NCBI RefSeq assembly: GCF_006345805.1
Contig: NC_043021.1
Coordinates: forward strand, 27,714,001 to 27,778,000
Length of the DNA: 64,000 nucleotides
Direction: 5' to 3'
DNA from: Octopus sinensis
Taxonomy: Eukaryota
Position numbers and translations under genes: made by a program. The notes under the pieces are model-generated. The model did not search any database, was not told the origin of the DNA, and saw nothing but the letters and a program-made list of their open reading frames with translations. How positions within the stretch are numbered: the stretch's first letter is position 1; each line of letters starts with the position of its first letter. Below, one piece after another: positions 11,139-24,700 of this stretch.

Positions 11139-12161
11139 ATATAAATATTTTTGTCGCTGTGTTTGTTCCCACACAAACGCTTGACAACCGATGTTGGTTG
11201 TTTACGTCCCCGTAACTTAGCGGTTCGGCAAAAGGGACCAATAGATTAAGTACTGGCTCGCAAGATGTTCTTTTATAACTGAAACTTTTCATTTATATCA
11301 TATATTCGACATTAACATTCTGTTATAATCGTTCTACTTTGGATAGTAGCGGTTTGGGATGTTTATTCTGTTTACTGTTTCTGCTTTTTAAATTTTATTC
11401 TGATGTTTCTTAATCTATTCATATGACGAAGCATATTTCTTACAAGATCAATATGTTTTTTGTAATTACGTAAGCGGCACACAAAAGTGTATTACAAAAA
11501 TATTTTTGCAATCGTGGCAACTATCTGTTCATAGGCTGGGGTCGATTTGTTCGACTAATGGTGGTGCTCCGGTATGGCCGTAGTCAAATGGCTAAAACAA
11601 GTAAACGAATAAAAGAGTATATATATATATATATATATTGGGTCATCCCATTAATGCTGCTTTTTTATACTTGTATTTTTCAAATTAAAGATAAACAAAG
11701 TTCTTTTTTAATCTAAACTATACTCTCCTTCATTTTCTACCAAGCTCTTCCATCTATCTCGTAGACTTGCAAGGCTCCTCTTCCAAAATTCACTTCTCCC
11801 TGACGAAAAATACTCCTCCAGAACTGTTGTGACCTCGTCCACAGAATTCATATTTTTTCTGTCCGAACGATTTTGAAGACTGCAATATAAATGATAATCA
11901 GATGGGGCAATGTCCGGCGAATATGGTAGGTGAGGCATCATTTCTTATTCAGACTACCCCAGCCTTTAGAATATCATTCTCTCAATATGTGGTCGAGCAT
12001 TATCCTGATAGAACACCTTCCGTCTTGAAACCAAAAACGGTCATTCTTCTTCTGGTGCTGACTTAAGCCGCTCAAGCTGCTCGCAGTAGATCTCTTTTGT
12101 TATCGTTTGCTTTGGGTTTAGAAGGTCGAAGTGGACTAAATGTTTCATATACCACCAAATA

Positions 12162-13429
12162 TCAGGTCATCCCTTAAGTTATGTCCGAATTTTGAATAAA
12201 GAAAACAAGTGATAAAATGTTATATTTAACTGAAATTTAATCATCAATGTACTTTTCCTGATTACCTATGACTTCCTTCTGTCTATTTACAAGCTTTTTA
12301 ATCCCATCAATTTAAAACTCATTTGGTTTCAAAGCGAAGAACTCTGAAATGTCAGTTTCTACCTCCTCCTGGCTTGCGAAAGTTATGTCCCCCAAATGAT
12401 TCTGTAAACTACGAAACAAATGGTAGTCTGAAGGAGCAAGGTCTGGAGAATAAGGTGGATGAGGAATTTTTTCCCAAAAAAGCTCTTCCATCTTCTGTGA
12501 TGTGATCTTTGCAGTGTGGGGTCGCGTATTGTCCTGATGAACCATCACTCCTTTTCGATTCACTGAAGCGGAGGTTTTTTCTCCAAAGCTTGGTTCAAAC
12601 GCTCTAATGGCTGACAGTAGATTTCAGCATTAATTGTTGCATTAGGTGGTAACAATTCAAAGTGAATTACTCCTTTGCAATCCCACCAGATAAAGAGAAG
12701 AACCTTTTTTCCATGAAGTTCCCTTCTCGGTTGTGGTTCAGCTTTTTCCCTCTTACCAAGCCACTGTTCGCGACATTTAACATTTCAATAGAAGACCCAT
12801 TTTTCGTCACCAGTCACAAGTCTATCCAAAAAGGGTGAAATGAGTTCGCGAGAATGGAGAAAAGAGCAGATGTCGACTTGGGATTTGCGGTTGCTTTCTG
12901 TCAATTCATGAGGCACCCATTTTCCAAGTTTAGGAACATTTCCAAGTTGTGGAAGATGGTGATGAACAGTTGTATGGTTTGAACAAAACTTTATTGCCAA
13001 TTCTTCAAATGATAATGCAGGATTTTCTTCAAGTAATGCCTCAAGGAGCTTATCATCAAACTCCACAGGACGTCCTGTTCGTTCTTCCTCTTCAAGGTTG
13101 AAATCTCCACCTCTGAATTTTGCAAACCATCTTCTGCAAGTTCTTTCATTCAAGCATTCTTTTCCATAAACTGAGTGTATGTTTCGAGTCGCTTCGGCTG
13201 CAAAGTTTCCTTTTTTGTACTCATAAAGCAGTATGTGCCTCAAATGCTCTTTGGATATTTCCATGTTAGAAAGGGTTTTAATCAAAGAAATTTTAATTCT
13301 ATTATTCTCTAAAATAATATTTAATTAGTTTAAATGTACACAAATGTAAAAAAATAATTTTAAATTCCATTAGTCATTCTAAAATACTATTAAAAGGTAA
13401 AATCGAACAGAACTTATGGGATGTCCTGA
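12162..13429 (-). mobile_element. Mariner element 2 (DD34D), near full length, nested in mariner 1
   Basis: TIRs TCAGGTCATCCCTTAAGTTATGTCCGAATTTT and reverse complement TCAGGACATCCCATAAGTTCTGTTCGATTTT; TA on the left. Confidence 0.88.
12312..13285 (-). pseudogene. Mariner transposase, frameshifted
   Basis: HTH region, WVPHEL, TGDEKW, HQDNTRPH, YSPDLAPSDYHLF. Confidence 0.9.
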
Positions 13430-13863
13430 TCGATAAGAAAACGGTAAGTGGGTGAAAATCTTCTTTCACCTGGGGTACCGGTGTTTCTCCTTTCCCTGCT
13501 GTCTTCGTCGTTTGGCATTTTTATAGAGAACCCATTTGTCGTCACCAGTCACTCTACGGTCCCAAAAAGGTTCATTTGCGAGATGTAACAGCAAGGAAGA
13601 ATACACATTCACACTCTGCGATTACATTCGCGAAGTTTGTGAGGAACCCATTGATACGTATTACACGCAACATACACACACATGCACGTTAGCCCCACAC
13701 TTCCATACGCAGACAAACACACACACACATATAAATATATATACACACACTCAGTCGCCCGCACATGCATACTCACTCGCCCCATCAGACATACACACTC
13801 AGACATCATTCTCTCATACTCACACACGCGTGCACATCTTTGTTCCTTGGGGTAACCTTTACC

Positions 13864-13921
<58 letters not shown>

Positions 13922-14109
13922 TATTATTATTAGTATTATCTCCCTTTCACTTTTTTCCAGTCATCTCCCGAGTGTTAACCTAATACACTAGCTTCTAGTT
14001 CTTACACCTGTCTTCGTTTTTAAATATGTGTGTGTGTTTGTGTGTGTGAATGTGTGTGTGTTGTGTGTGTGTGTGTGTGTGTGTTGTGTGTGTGTGTGTG
14101 TGTGAGTAC

Positions 14110-14310
14110 ACTTTTGCTTGTTCTCCACACCCGATTGACAACTGGTGCTGATGTGTTCACGTCTCCGTAACTTAGCGGTTTGTTAAAAGAGACCAATAGA
14201 ATGAGTACTATGTTTAAAAAAAGTAAGTCCTGGCCTCTACTTGGCTGACTAGAACACGCTAACTTCGTGCCTCAACATGGCCGCAGTCAAATCTCTGAAA
14301 CGTGTAAGAG
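14110..14310 (+). mobile_element. SINE 3' module
   Basis: GACAACTGGTGCTGATGTGTT...CGTAACTTAGCGGTT...CAACATGGCCGCAGTCAAAT matches the other copies. Confidence 0.65.
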
Positions 14311-14581
14311 AGAAAAGACACGTCTACGCGCCGTATAATGTCATTTTAGCTTCTCTGCACATTACATCATCTAATATTTATTTCCGTATTTTGTGACATT
14401 CATATACATTGGCGTTGAATTTTCTTCCCCCGTGGGACAATAAGATAAATACCAGTTATATAATGTTTTGAATAATAAATTGAAGACACACATTAGAAAT
14501 GCTTTACTTGTCATCAATGCTAGAATTCATTATATCATTAGCCATTTGTCGCGCCATTTGACTGTATTTCTGTATCTGTTA

Positions 14582-14690
<109 letters not shown>

Positions 14691-14781
14691 CTGCCTGCTG
14701 CCCGTCTGACAGCCTATCCATCTTTTTATTTATCTACCTCTCTCTTTATAATAGGCAAACATACATACACATACACACACT

Positions 14782-14825
<44 letters not shown>

Positions 14826-14900
14826 CATACACATATATATATGTATATATATACATATACATATACATATATATATATATACATATACATATATATATAT

Positions 14901-14944
<44 letters not shown>

Positions 14945-15001
14945 CATACACATATATATATGTATATATATACATATACATATACATATATATATATATA
15001 C

Positions 15002-15084
<83 letters not shown>

Positions 15085-15679
15085 AGAGAGAGAGAGAGAG
15101 AGAAATAGAAACGGATAGATAGAGAAAGAGAGAGGAGTCGAGTTGATGATTGCATTAATCTATATACTACTATGAATACACATGTAAAATTACAAAACGG
15201 GACTTCCATTTATGTTTCTGGAAGCTTTTTTAAGATTTTTTTCCCATCTCCTCTCCTATGTTTGGACTCTATAAATACGCCTCACCTTGTGCAGGTGAGG
15301 AGAACAGCAGTTGATGGATGCAATGCAAATAAATTCTTAATGTCTGCTTTGCAATGAGTTTCAATCAGCCGCTGCCGCAAGTGCGAGAGCAGCGGCGTTA
15401 TCGTCACCAATAGATGACGTGTCATCATCACCAGCAGCAAAAGTAGCAGCAATCACGTTTGAAGCTAATCGCGTATTAATACCCCACACTCCCACCCAAA
15501 ACCCCCAAATAAAGCAAAAAGTGATATAAAACGAAGGAAAAAATATTAAAAAGAAAAAAAAAAGTGTACCTTGTGACATCCGAAGCATAAAATAATCGGT
15601 TGTTATTTTTCCCAATGTCAGAACTGGTTGAACATCGTTTCCTTCCCCAACAAGCAATAGTTTTAGCTACGTTTTTGTG

Positions 15680-16040
<361 letters not shown>

Positions 16041-16452
16041 TACCTACCTAGCTAGCCACATATATATATGTATATATATATGTACCTACCTAGCTAGCCA
16101 CATATATATATGTATATATATTATAGATATAAACACATTTATGTGTATGTATATATATACACACACATATATATGTATATATATTTATATATACACTTTG
16201 TACATACATACATGTATGTATATGGGTGTATATTTATATATACTTGTATAAATATATAAATATATATAAATACATCTATATAGATATGTATATACAGCTC
16301 TCTCTCTCTCTCTAGGTTCCTACATATATATGTACAATATGATATCCGTATATATATATATATGTGTGTGTGTGTCTGTGTATATATATACACACACATA
16401 TGCACATATATGTTGGTATTTATGTGAGCGTATATATATGTCTGTGTGTGCA

Positions 16453-16493
<41 letters not shown>

Positions 16494-17070
16494 ATAGGTG
16501 TATGTGTGTATATGTGTGTTAATGAATTTCTACAAATATGCGCAATAAAACCGGTATGCTGGTTTGTTTTTTCAGCGTATGCATTAATTGTATGTGTGTC
16601 CAGCCATTTTAGCAAACAAATTATTATTTATAATAGATGTCAGTGGAAGAGTTATTTGTTCCAAATGGCAGTAATTGTTCCATATAAAAGTAGTTTTTAA
16701 TCAGCATCAGAGTGGTATTTCTTTGCTTTTGATTTTATTGTGCTTGTGGAAGGCTAGGTGGGTAGGTGTTACTTTCATTTCTCTAACGTATATCCGGGTA
16801 TATATATATATATATAAATAGGAACGGAGCTCACTTAACATTCCACTTATAATTTTCATGTTACCTTCACGATTAGGATTATTATCATCAAATCTGCAGA
16901 CTTTCCTCTATAAGTGCTAACCCGTTAGCAACTATTTTTGTAGTTATTGTAAGTGGTGTATGCGAAACGTCCTTTGTCTCATTTTTTATTTTCAGCTTGT
17001 TCTTTTTCTAACGGCATCAGCCCCTCATATATATATTATATATATAATATATATATATATATAATATATA

Positions 17071-17104
<34 letters not shown>

Positions 17105-17149
17105 AGTAAATATAATGAGAAACACGTTAGGCAAGTCGATTTACACGGA

Positions 17150-17900
17150 ATATTAAATACATTAATAGAATACATGTGTATGGATATAGAATAGTCCTAA
17201 GTACAGAATATAAATGATATCTGAAGTTAAATGTGTTGAATTTTACGAGTTCAGCAATTGATTCTGGGGGATTGCTGGTCCGGAATAACGATTGTTACTT
17301 AGATCCATTATCAGATAACAATGCTTCCGTCTTCAGGTGCGAATTTTACATTGGAGAATTTTATAACTGAGTTGTTTACAGGATGTATTTTTTAAATGTA
17401 GTGATTTTGTGAAGAGCTAAGTATATTAGAAAGGGAAAGGGTGATTTAGGGAGTATGTGAGTGATGACCTTTTTGATAGTTTGTATTAGGCTATAGAGAT
17501 AAATCTGAGATAGTGAAAAGGGCTTGTTATTAATTGGGGAAATGAGTTGACTGGTTCAGTAGTTAAGTGGTGTGAGGAAGTTTTCAAAAGTAGCTTTTAG
17601 TGGGACAAAAGAATTGGGTTGGTAGTTTCCAAAGTGGTGGGGCTTTGTTAAGTACTGTTTGAGGTTGGGTAGGGGGAGGCTAAGAGGAAGCTGGGAAGTG
17701 GTTGATTTGAAGATTTGGAAGAAATATCTGATGTGTGTATGGAAAGGAATAAGATGGTGGGGCTAGTATTTCTTAAGTAATAGGTTGCAATACTGACTTT
17801 GTTTTCGATTAAGGTTTTTTGGGTATAGAAACTTATTGTGGGATTCTATAGATTTAGCGAAGTGCGTGAAAGTTGAGTAGTATCAGTGTTTACAAGAATA
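17150..17900 (-). mobile_element. Possible highly decayed Penelope-like endonuclease/3' remnant
   Basis: Only a HLKTEALL-type string resembling a GIY-YIG C-terminus, plus strand composition like the PLE at 55-60 kb; weak. Confidence 0.25.
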
Positions 17901-19277
17901 TATATATGTATACCTGAAGTATAAGGAAAGGAAAAATTGTAGGTGCAGACGAACTTTAATTCATAATCCAAGTTGGTACTGAACCAAAATGCATTCTACA
18001 AATTGTTTCGGAGTCTAATTAATTCCAAAGACAAAAACGAAAAACTCTTCATGAAGTAAAAATTGGATTCTTCGTCAGGAATTACATACTGGTATGAATT
18101 ATTACGACAAACAAAAATATACAAAGACCTTTCACATCCCAGACGGGAACGAATAAATAATAATAGAATGAAAGATAACAAGAACGCCAGATATTCAAAA
18201 CCAGAAAAAAAGCCTCCAATGAACCACAAAAATAATGGTTTTATCTTATCAAAAATTAAAAATTAATAGCTACAAACCGATATATTATCCACTAAAATGT
18301 AATAAATGTCCTAATATACACTTAATAATATGATGATATCAAACGAAAATAAAAACAAAAAGATAAAGAAAACAAGTAAAACGGAAGAACGGAGAAAGAG
18401 AAAGAGTAGTATCAGTGAAGGAGGAGGAGAGAAAATAGTTACACAGTGAAGGAGAAGCGGAGGAAGTAAAAGCCATGACTGAAAGAGTGAGAGAAAGTAA
18501 TGACCGTTTGAGAAAGAAGAACGCGGAGTCTATATGTTGTTCGCAACATATGAATAAGAAAGGAAGGGAGAACAAAGTAAAAAGACAGCCATTCAACTTT
18601 GTGTGAGTATATGTGTGTGTATGAAAAAGGGAGATAGTTGTGTGTGTATGCGTGTGCGGTTCACGCGCGAACATGTGTGTGTGTGTGAGTGCGTAATGGA
18701 AACGTACAATTCTGAAAATAGAAACTGACATCATTCCAATTCTGCTTGAACATGTGTATGTATGTGTGTTCTTGGGAAATACGTGAATGCCACTGGTGGC
18801 TAGTTGGATTGAGTAAAAGAAGTAACGCTTTGTTGGGAATATTACATCACGCACTGTGCCGGACAAATAAAATAATAACGTTTATAAATACTCTTTGAAA
18901 CAGCCTTTAGTCATCAATGCCTTCTTATTTGACGCCGAACCAGAGGTAGATTTGTGCAACACTTGAAAGCCCTTAGATTTTCGGAGTGACGTACGTGTAG
19001 CGGCTTTAATTTCATATCATCAGCAGCAATTCGTCCCTGTTTTAATACAGTTTTCCAAGCGAACTCACTGAAGATTTTCTTCGCCCCTTACTATAGGGTC
19101 TAGATTTAGAAAGGATTCTCTGTTTGATATCGAATTATTGTAACGTGAGTTATTTCCCTTGTGTTTTTCTTTTTGTCTTCTTTACAAGCGTCTCTCGTTT
19201 AAACGTTGCTCAAATAAGCAACTGAAAAACGGTCTTGCTTTCAGCTTGAAAAGTGGCGGAATAACCTATTATTTCGA

Positions 19278-19560
19278 TCTATGTGGACGACATCGCCGCA
19301 ATGGTGTCTGACACCTCAGAAATCGAGGTGGTCAGCACATCATTGGAGAAATATGAGAAGCTGACGAGAGCAAAACTTAACCTGGAAAAGTCGGTGGGCT
19401 TGCAACTCGGCACCTGGAGAGGCAAGTCCATGCCGTCCAACAGCGTCGTTGAGTGCTGAACGGACGGACGGGTAAAGTTGCTTGGGGTTTGGTTCGGACC
19501 AGACCTTCAGTTGGATAAAATTAGAGACGAGGTAACGAGTAGGCTAACCATTATCACTCA
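19278..19560 (+). mobile_element. Old Tx1-like RT fragment (different subfamily)
   Basis: YVDDIAAMV...YEKLTRAKLNLEKSVGLQLGTWRGKSMPS, homologous to ORF2 of copies B-D. Confidence 0.85.
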
Positions 19561-19574
19561 CACACACACACATT

Positions 19575-20575
19575 TATATGAAGTCTGATCAATAAATGTC
19601 TGGAGGTTGTCAGAATAACAAAGCTAAAGCACGCAGAGTAATGCCCCTTGGCACTACTTGACCTTGAACACTGCTGTGCATGAGCACTATATGTTAACGT
19701 TCTAGCTCACTTCCGCTGTTTACAGTGGTGTTTGGAAGGAAGGTGTGTAGCGTGTGATCGTCGCTTTGCCTCTGACAGAAAAGTTGTGATGGCGATACCT
19801 GCTTAGAGGCCCAAGCAAAGTTGCAGAATGTGTATGGAGAGGAGTGTATGAGCCGCACACAAGTGCACGAGTTGTTTAGACGTTTCCAAGATGGGCGAAA
19901 TAGATGACGGACGCGATGTATACATTCGCCACCTCCGCTCAACCTTTCTGTGATAGCTTCCTCCCAGCCCATGGCTGAGTGATACTGGTTACCCTACTCA
20001 TTACCTCGTCTCTAATTTTATCCAACTGAAAGTCTGGTCCGAACCAAACCCCAAGCAACTTTACCCGTCCGTCCAGCACTCAACGAACTGAGAAAAACAT
20101 CGGAGATATGTGTGCAGCTGTGAGGGGAAATCGCCGAATCACCATCGGTGAGTTATCTGAGGATGTGCAGATTAGTTACGGTTCAGTTCATTATCACTGA
20201 AGATTTGGGTATGAGACGCGTGTCTGCCAAGTTTGGGCCAAAACTACTTTCAGCTGACCACAAAGACGTTCGGGCTTTAGTTGCAGAAACTCTCCTTAAT
20301 TGTGTCGAGAACGATGAAGACATTTTGAAAACATTGGGTAAACCTCTGAGCAGATATCGCCAAGCTTTTGCCAAAAATTTGATGTAGATTCTCAGCTCAA
20401 CATTCTCTGTTGTGGTTAATGCGACGATGACATGCTACACACGTTCCTTCTAAGCATTGCGGCAAACAGTAGAAGTGCGCCAGAACGTTAAAACTTAGTG
20501 CCCATGCAACTCAGGGTCTAAGGTCAATGTGTATCAAGCGGCTTCACTCTGCATTTTAGCTTCGTTACTATAGAC
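19575..20575 (+). mobile_element. Mariner-like remnant with diverged ~150-bp inverted ends
   Basis: EAQAKLQNVYGEECMSRTQVHELFRRFQDGR and ITEDLGMRRVSAKFGPKLL; 19615-19755 resembles the reverse complement of 20430-20570. Confidence 0.75.
19903..20086 (-). mobile_element. Inverted Tx1 RT fragment inside the mariner remnant
   Basis: Reverse complement matches 19446-19560 including the private string AAAATTAGAGACGAG, and extends further 3'. Confidence 0.85.
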
Positions 20576-20644
20576 ATACATACATACATACATACATACA
20601 TACATACATACATACATACATACACAAACACACACACACACATA

Positions 20645-20746
<102 letters not shown>

Positions 20747-21437
20747 TAAACAGTAAAAATAATTACAGACATGGACAAGAACATGAAACACCACAGAGAC
20801 GACACAAGAACCACAGGACGGGACATTCGAAGCCCTCAGTCATCAGTCAAGAACCAGATCATCTTAGCAATTTCGGCTGATTAATCTTGAGATTGCTCCG
20901 ATATGGGCAGCCCGCCAAGGGAAATCTAAGCCAAGCGCATTAGATCCCCTGGAAGAAAGCTTCGAATGTATACAACACGAGGACGGAAAACGAACGAAGT
21001 ACACGAACAAAAATACAGAATACGTGACACCAATAAGAATACAAAAACGTAAAAACAATAACGGTAAAAATAAAAATAAAAAACAAAACAAAACCAGGAC
21101 GTAGGACAAGGGTCTTTCGACAGGACGAGTTGAGTATGGGGCTGGCTTGTGAAGTTGTGCCTAATGGCCGCAGGGAGACGAACAAATACGTGTTGCTTCG
21201 GCGACTGCTGGAACGAAAAGAGCGCTCAACATATATATATATAATTTTATTTGCTAAACTAAAATCAGAAACCAATTGGCTCAGGAAACTAGATAGTAAA
21301 AGTTTTTAGTTTTTCATTTCGTTCCTTTCGGAATTTTATCTCTGATTTTGTAGTTTTGGGACCTAGCTGTTCTTGCTAGCATGATGAATGCCATGAGTGG
21401 ATTCCTTATGTGTTTAAATGCACACTGTATTTTATGA

Positions 21438-21471
<34 letters not shown>

Positions 21472-21516
21472 AGTATATAGATGGAGTTGAACGCAGATGC
21501 TATTCAAATTCTTTTA

Positions 21517-21599
21517 CTTTCGACATATGTTTCGAAGACTACATTAGTTTTATTCCAAAGGAATAAACGGTGTAAAATGCAATCTTCTCAACAGGAAAG
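21517..21599 (-). ncRNA. Type I hammerhead-ribozyme-like motif with CUGUUGA core
   Basis: Minus strand: CTTTC-CTGTTGA-GAAGATTGCATT...AATGTAGTCTTC-GAAA-CATATG-TC-GAAAG. All three helices pair; GUC cleavage triplet. Confidence 0.75.
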
Positions 21600-21954
21600 A
21601 AAGAGAACCTATCTCAACAACAAGACATTATAACAATTTTGATGACTGCCTAAATGATAAACAGAACGCTATTAAGTATTTAAAAAAAACGTTTGTAGAT
21701 TCGACGTCAAAGGCAGACACTAGGAAGAGAAGGGTTAAAGAAATAATAAGTAGAGAACAAATAAAGAGGGATATATTGGTTGAAAAAATGTTCAAAGGCT
21801 TGGAAGTAGATTTCTCTATTGAAGTAAAGTGCAAGTTGAACTAAATGTTCAAACTATAAAGACTGGCGAAATCACTTATATGAGCCAAAGGTATGTTTCT
21901 GCCAGTGCTTACATTTGTAAGAGGTTCTATACTTTTATAGAATCTTTTCTACTC

Positions 21955-22135
21955 TTGGTACAAGGCCCGAAATTCTGGCGGAGGGGTCAGTCGATTTGGT
22001 CGATTCCAGTACGCAACTGGTACTTAATTTATCGACCCCGAAAGGATGAAAGGCAAAGTCGACCTCGGTGGAATTTGAACTCAGAACATAAAGACAGACG
22101 AAATAACGCTAAGCATTCTGCACGGCGTGCCTTTC
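21955..22135 (-). mobile_element. tRNA-derived SINE (second family), partial
   Basis: Shares CGACCCCGAAAGGATGAAAGGCAAAGTCGACCTCGG...GAACTCAGAAC with 23115-23310. Confidence 0.7.
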
Positions 22136-22748
22136 TATACTTTTGCAGAATGCAACTTTATTCTTAAACAAGAATATTGTAGACAGTAACTTCGAAGTTT
22201 CGGCCAGTTCATCCTCTCAACAATATTCTCGTTTAAAAACATATCCTATAAATACGTGTGTGTGTGTGTGCATATTTTGTATGTACGTATGTGTGTGTAT
22301 ATATATATATCTCTGGCGGCGCCCCAGCATGGCCACAGCTTGTGAGCTGAAACTCGATAAAAATTTAAAAAATATATATAATCACTATTATTTATCAATT
22401 GGGTCGTCTATTGGAGGTTTTGTGTCTATCTTTGTCTCTCTATCTTTCAGTTTGTCTATCTAAATATCTCTTTGTTATTCCATCTCTTTGTCTCGCAACT
22501 TATCTATGAATCACAATATTACTTTCTCCATTCATTCTCTTTATGTACAGACAATTCCTTGGCGGATCTTCCTCTCTTTCAATAGATTTTCTAGTCTTTC
22601 TCCCTTTTGTCCTTCTTGCTCTCTTCTCACTTCCTCTTTCTTTTTCTTGCTGTCATCACTCTTAGGAAATGCTGTAACCATAAAAATGTTTTCGTTTCTC
22701 TCTCTCAGTCTCTGCCACTCTCAACATACGCACTATTGTGACTGTATG

Positions 22749-22814
<66 letters not shown>

Positions 22815-23114
22815 ATATTATACAGAAATAATCAGCCGAATAATTATATGAAAAATAGCAAAATCACAGTGATGCTCCAACTTGACAGCAGCCGTATGGC
22901 TGAAACGATTAGAAGAAATAATGAAAGCATATATAAATACATATATATAACATACATCAATCACTGCTTGTCTGTATGTCTGTCTGTGTGTGTGTCTGTG
23001 TATCTGTGTCTATCAGTCTCTGTGACTGTATGTCAGCCTTTGTGTGTGTGTGTGTGTGTGTCCATACATATACACACATACAGAAAGAGAGAGAGAGAAT
23101 AATAGATTTTCTCT

Positions 23115-23310
23115 CCAGGCGCAAAGCCCAAAATTTTGTAGGAGGGGGCCAATCGACCCCAGTACGCTACTGGTACCTAACCTATCGACCCCGAAAAGAT
23201 GAAAGGCAAAGTTGACCTCCGTTGAATTTGAACTCAGAACGTAAAGGCAGACGAAATACCGCTAAGCATTTCACCCGGCGTGATAACGTTTCTGCCACCT
23301 CGCCACCTTA
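23115..23310 (-). mobile_element. tRNA-derived SINE (second family)
   Basis: Minus-strand head AAGGTGGCGAGGTGGCAGAAACGTTA...GAGTTCAAATTC (A/B-box-like). Confidence 0.7.
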
Positions 23311-24284
23311 GTACAACTTAGTACAATAGATGTTCTGTCACTGAGTTGCAGAGTCATAGTAGACATTCGTTCCGCCTTCTTTTCATCCGTCGTGGTAACC
23401 TTGTATACAAGCATCCATCTGTACGTCACTCGGTCCGCCCTACTTCATCTCTCCCTCTCTCTTTTCATCCATACATACATTGATCTATTAATGCACAACT
23501 TCTTTTTCTAATTATTTTTTCTTTGTCGTCATCATCATCATCCTAGTCCTCCTCCTCCTCCTCCTCCTCCTCCTCCTCCTCATCATCATCATCATCATCA
23601 TCAATTGTATTCCGTGCAGTGTCCTACTCTTGTCGTTGTTTTTCTTTCTAGTTCTGTTGCTGTTTTTTTGTTTTTTAAACCCCAGGTCAGGGTTAGTGAG
23701 GCTCATCCCCTGCGACCACATCGTCACCGGTGTAGTTACCAGATACAATGCATCAAGGACTCCTTTATCAGACACCTCCTATACTTTTCCGGTGGTTTCA
23801 TTTGTGGGAGGGAGATCCAACTGTCATACTCAGCAGGTTGAGCGACCATATATGGTGCTATTTCTTTGGCTACTTGATATTTAACGTTGCTCTTCTTGCT
23901 GTGGATTAGCTCCAAGTTAACCCTGATCCTACAAATCCATAACCACAGAGATCCTAGCCACAACAACCCCTACCATCGGCTCGAGTAGTGAAGGACTGGA
24001 ATCCCCTTATCTAATATCTCTATCTCTGTCCCTACATTTCTCACCTACTTTCTCTCTCTCTCTCTCTGTCTGACTTACCTTCCATCACTCTCTCTCTCTT
24101 TCTCTCTCTTCTCACTCTCGTTCCACAATAATATTATTTGATTCTCTCTCTGAAAAATATCTGATGGCAAGTTTCTTACATGTTTATCTAAGATGTAAGA
24201 CTGGAAATCCTATTAGCAAATGAAAAGTGTAATGGTGGGTAATTATATCCATCCATCCAGCCAGCCAGCCGTCCGTCCGCCCGT

Positions 24285-24286
24285 CC

Positions 24287-24328
<42 letters not shown>

Positions 24329-24335
24329 ATGTCTG

Positions 24336-24415
<80 letters not shown>

Positions 24416-24416
24416 A

Positions 24417-24501
<85 letters not shown>
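24285..24501 (+). repeat. (TGTC)n-(TATC)n tract, 5' flank of copy C
   Basis: Seen directly. Confidence 0.95.
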
Positions 24502-24700
24502 GACGGACGTGTTGTCACCTCGGCTCCGAAGGTAATCGTTTATTTTGACTATTTATAGCCCATATTTTGTGTACATTTTTGTAAATAAGGTGTGTAAGGC
24601 ACCCAACTTTCGTTTGAGTGCTTTTCCAAGGGAGGAATTCGCCCCTAGGGGCAGTTTCACCCCTAAATATATTGTATATCTTTCTTCTCGACATTTTTTA

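Larger units (their letters stand above)
11638..13630 (-). mobile_element. Mariner remnant 1 (truncated), split by mariner 2
   Basis: Minus-strand VTGDDKWVLY (~13510-13550), IWW/QDNARPH (12000-12160), PHLPYSPDIAPSDYHL (11708-11941); TIR-like TTGGGTCATCCCAT at 11638. Confidence 0.75.

Noticed and set aside
20815-20852. Minus-strand CTGATGA-CTGAGGGCTTC-GAA-TGTC-CCGTC about 70 nt before a (TA)n end
   Set aside because: The position is PLE-like, but there is no helix II and no GAAAC; it cannot be folded as a hammerhead without several exceptions
21548-21842. ~98-codon open frame on + overlapping the hammerhead
   Set aside because: No start codon near its 5' end and no recognisable motif; both strands are open, as is common in biased-composition repeats
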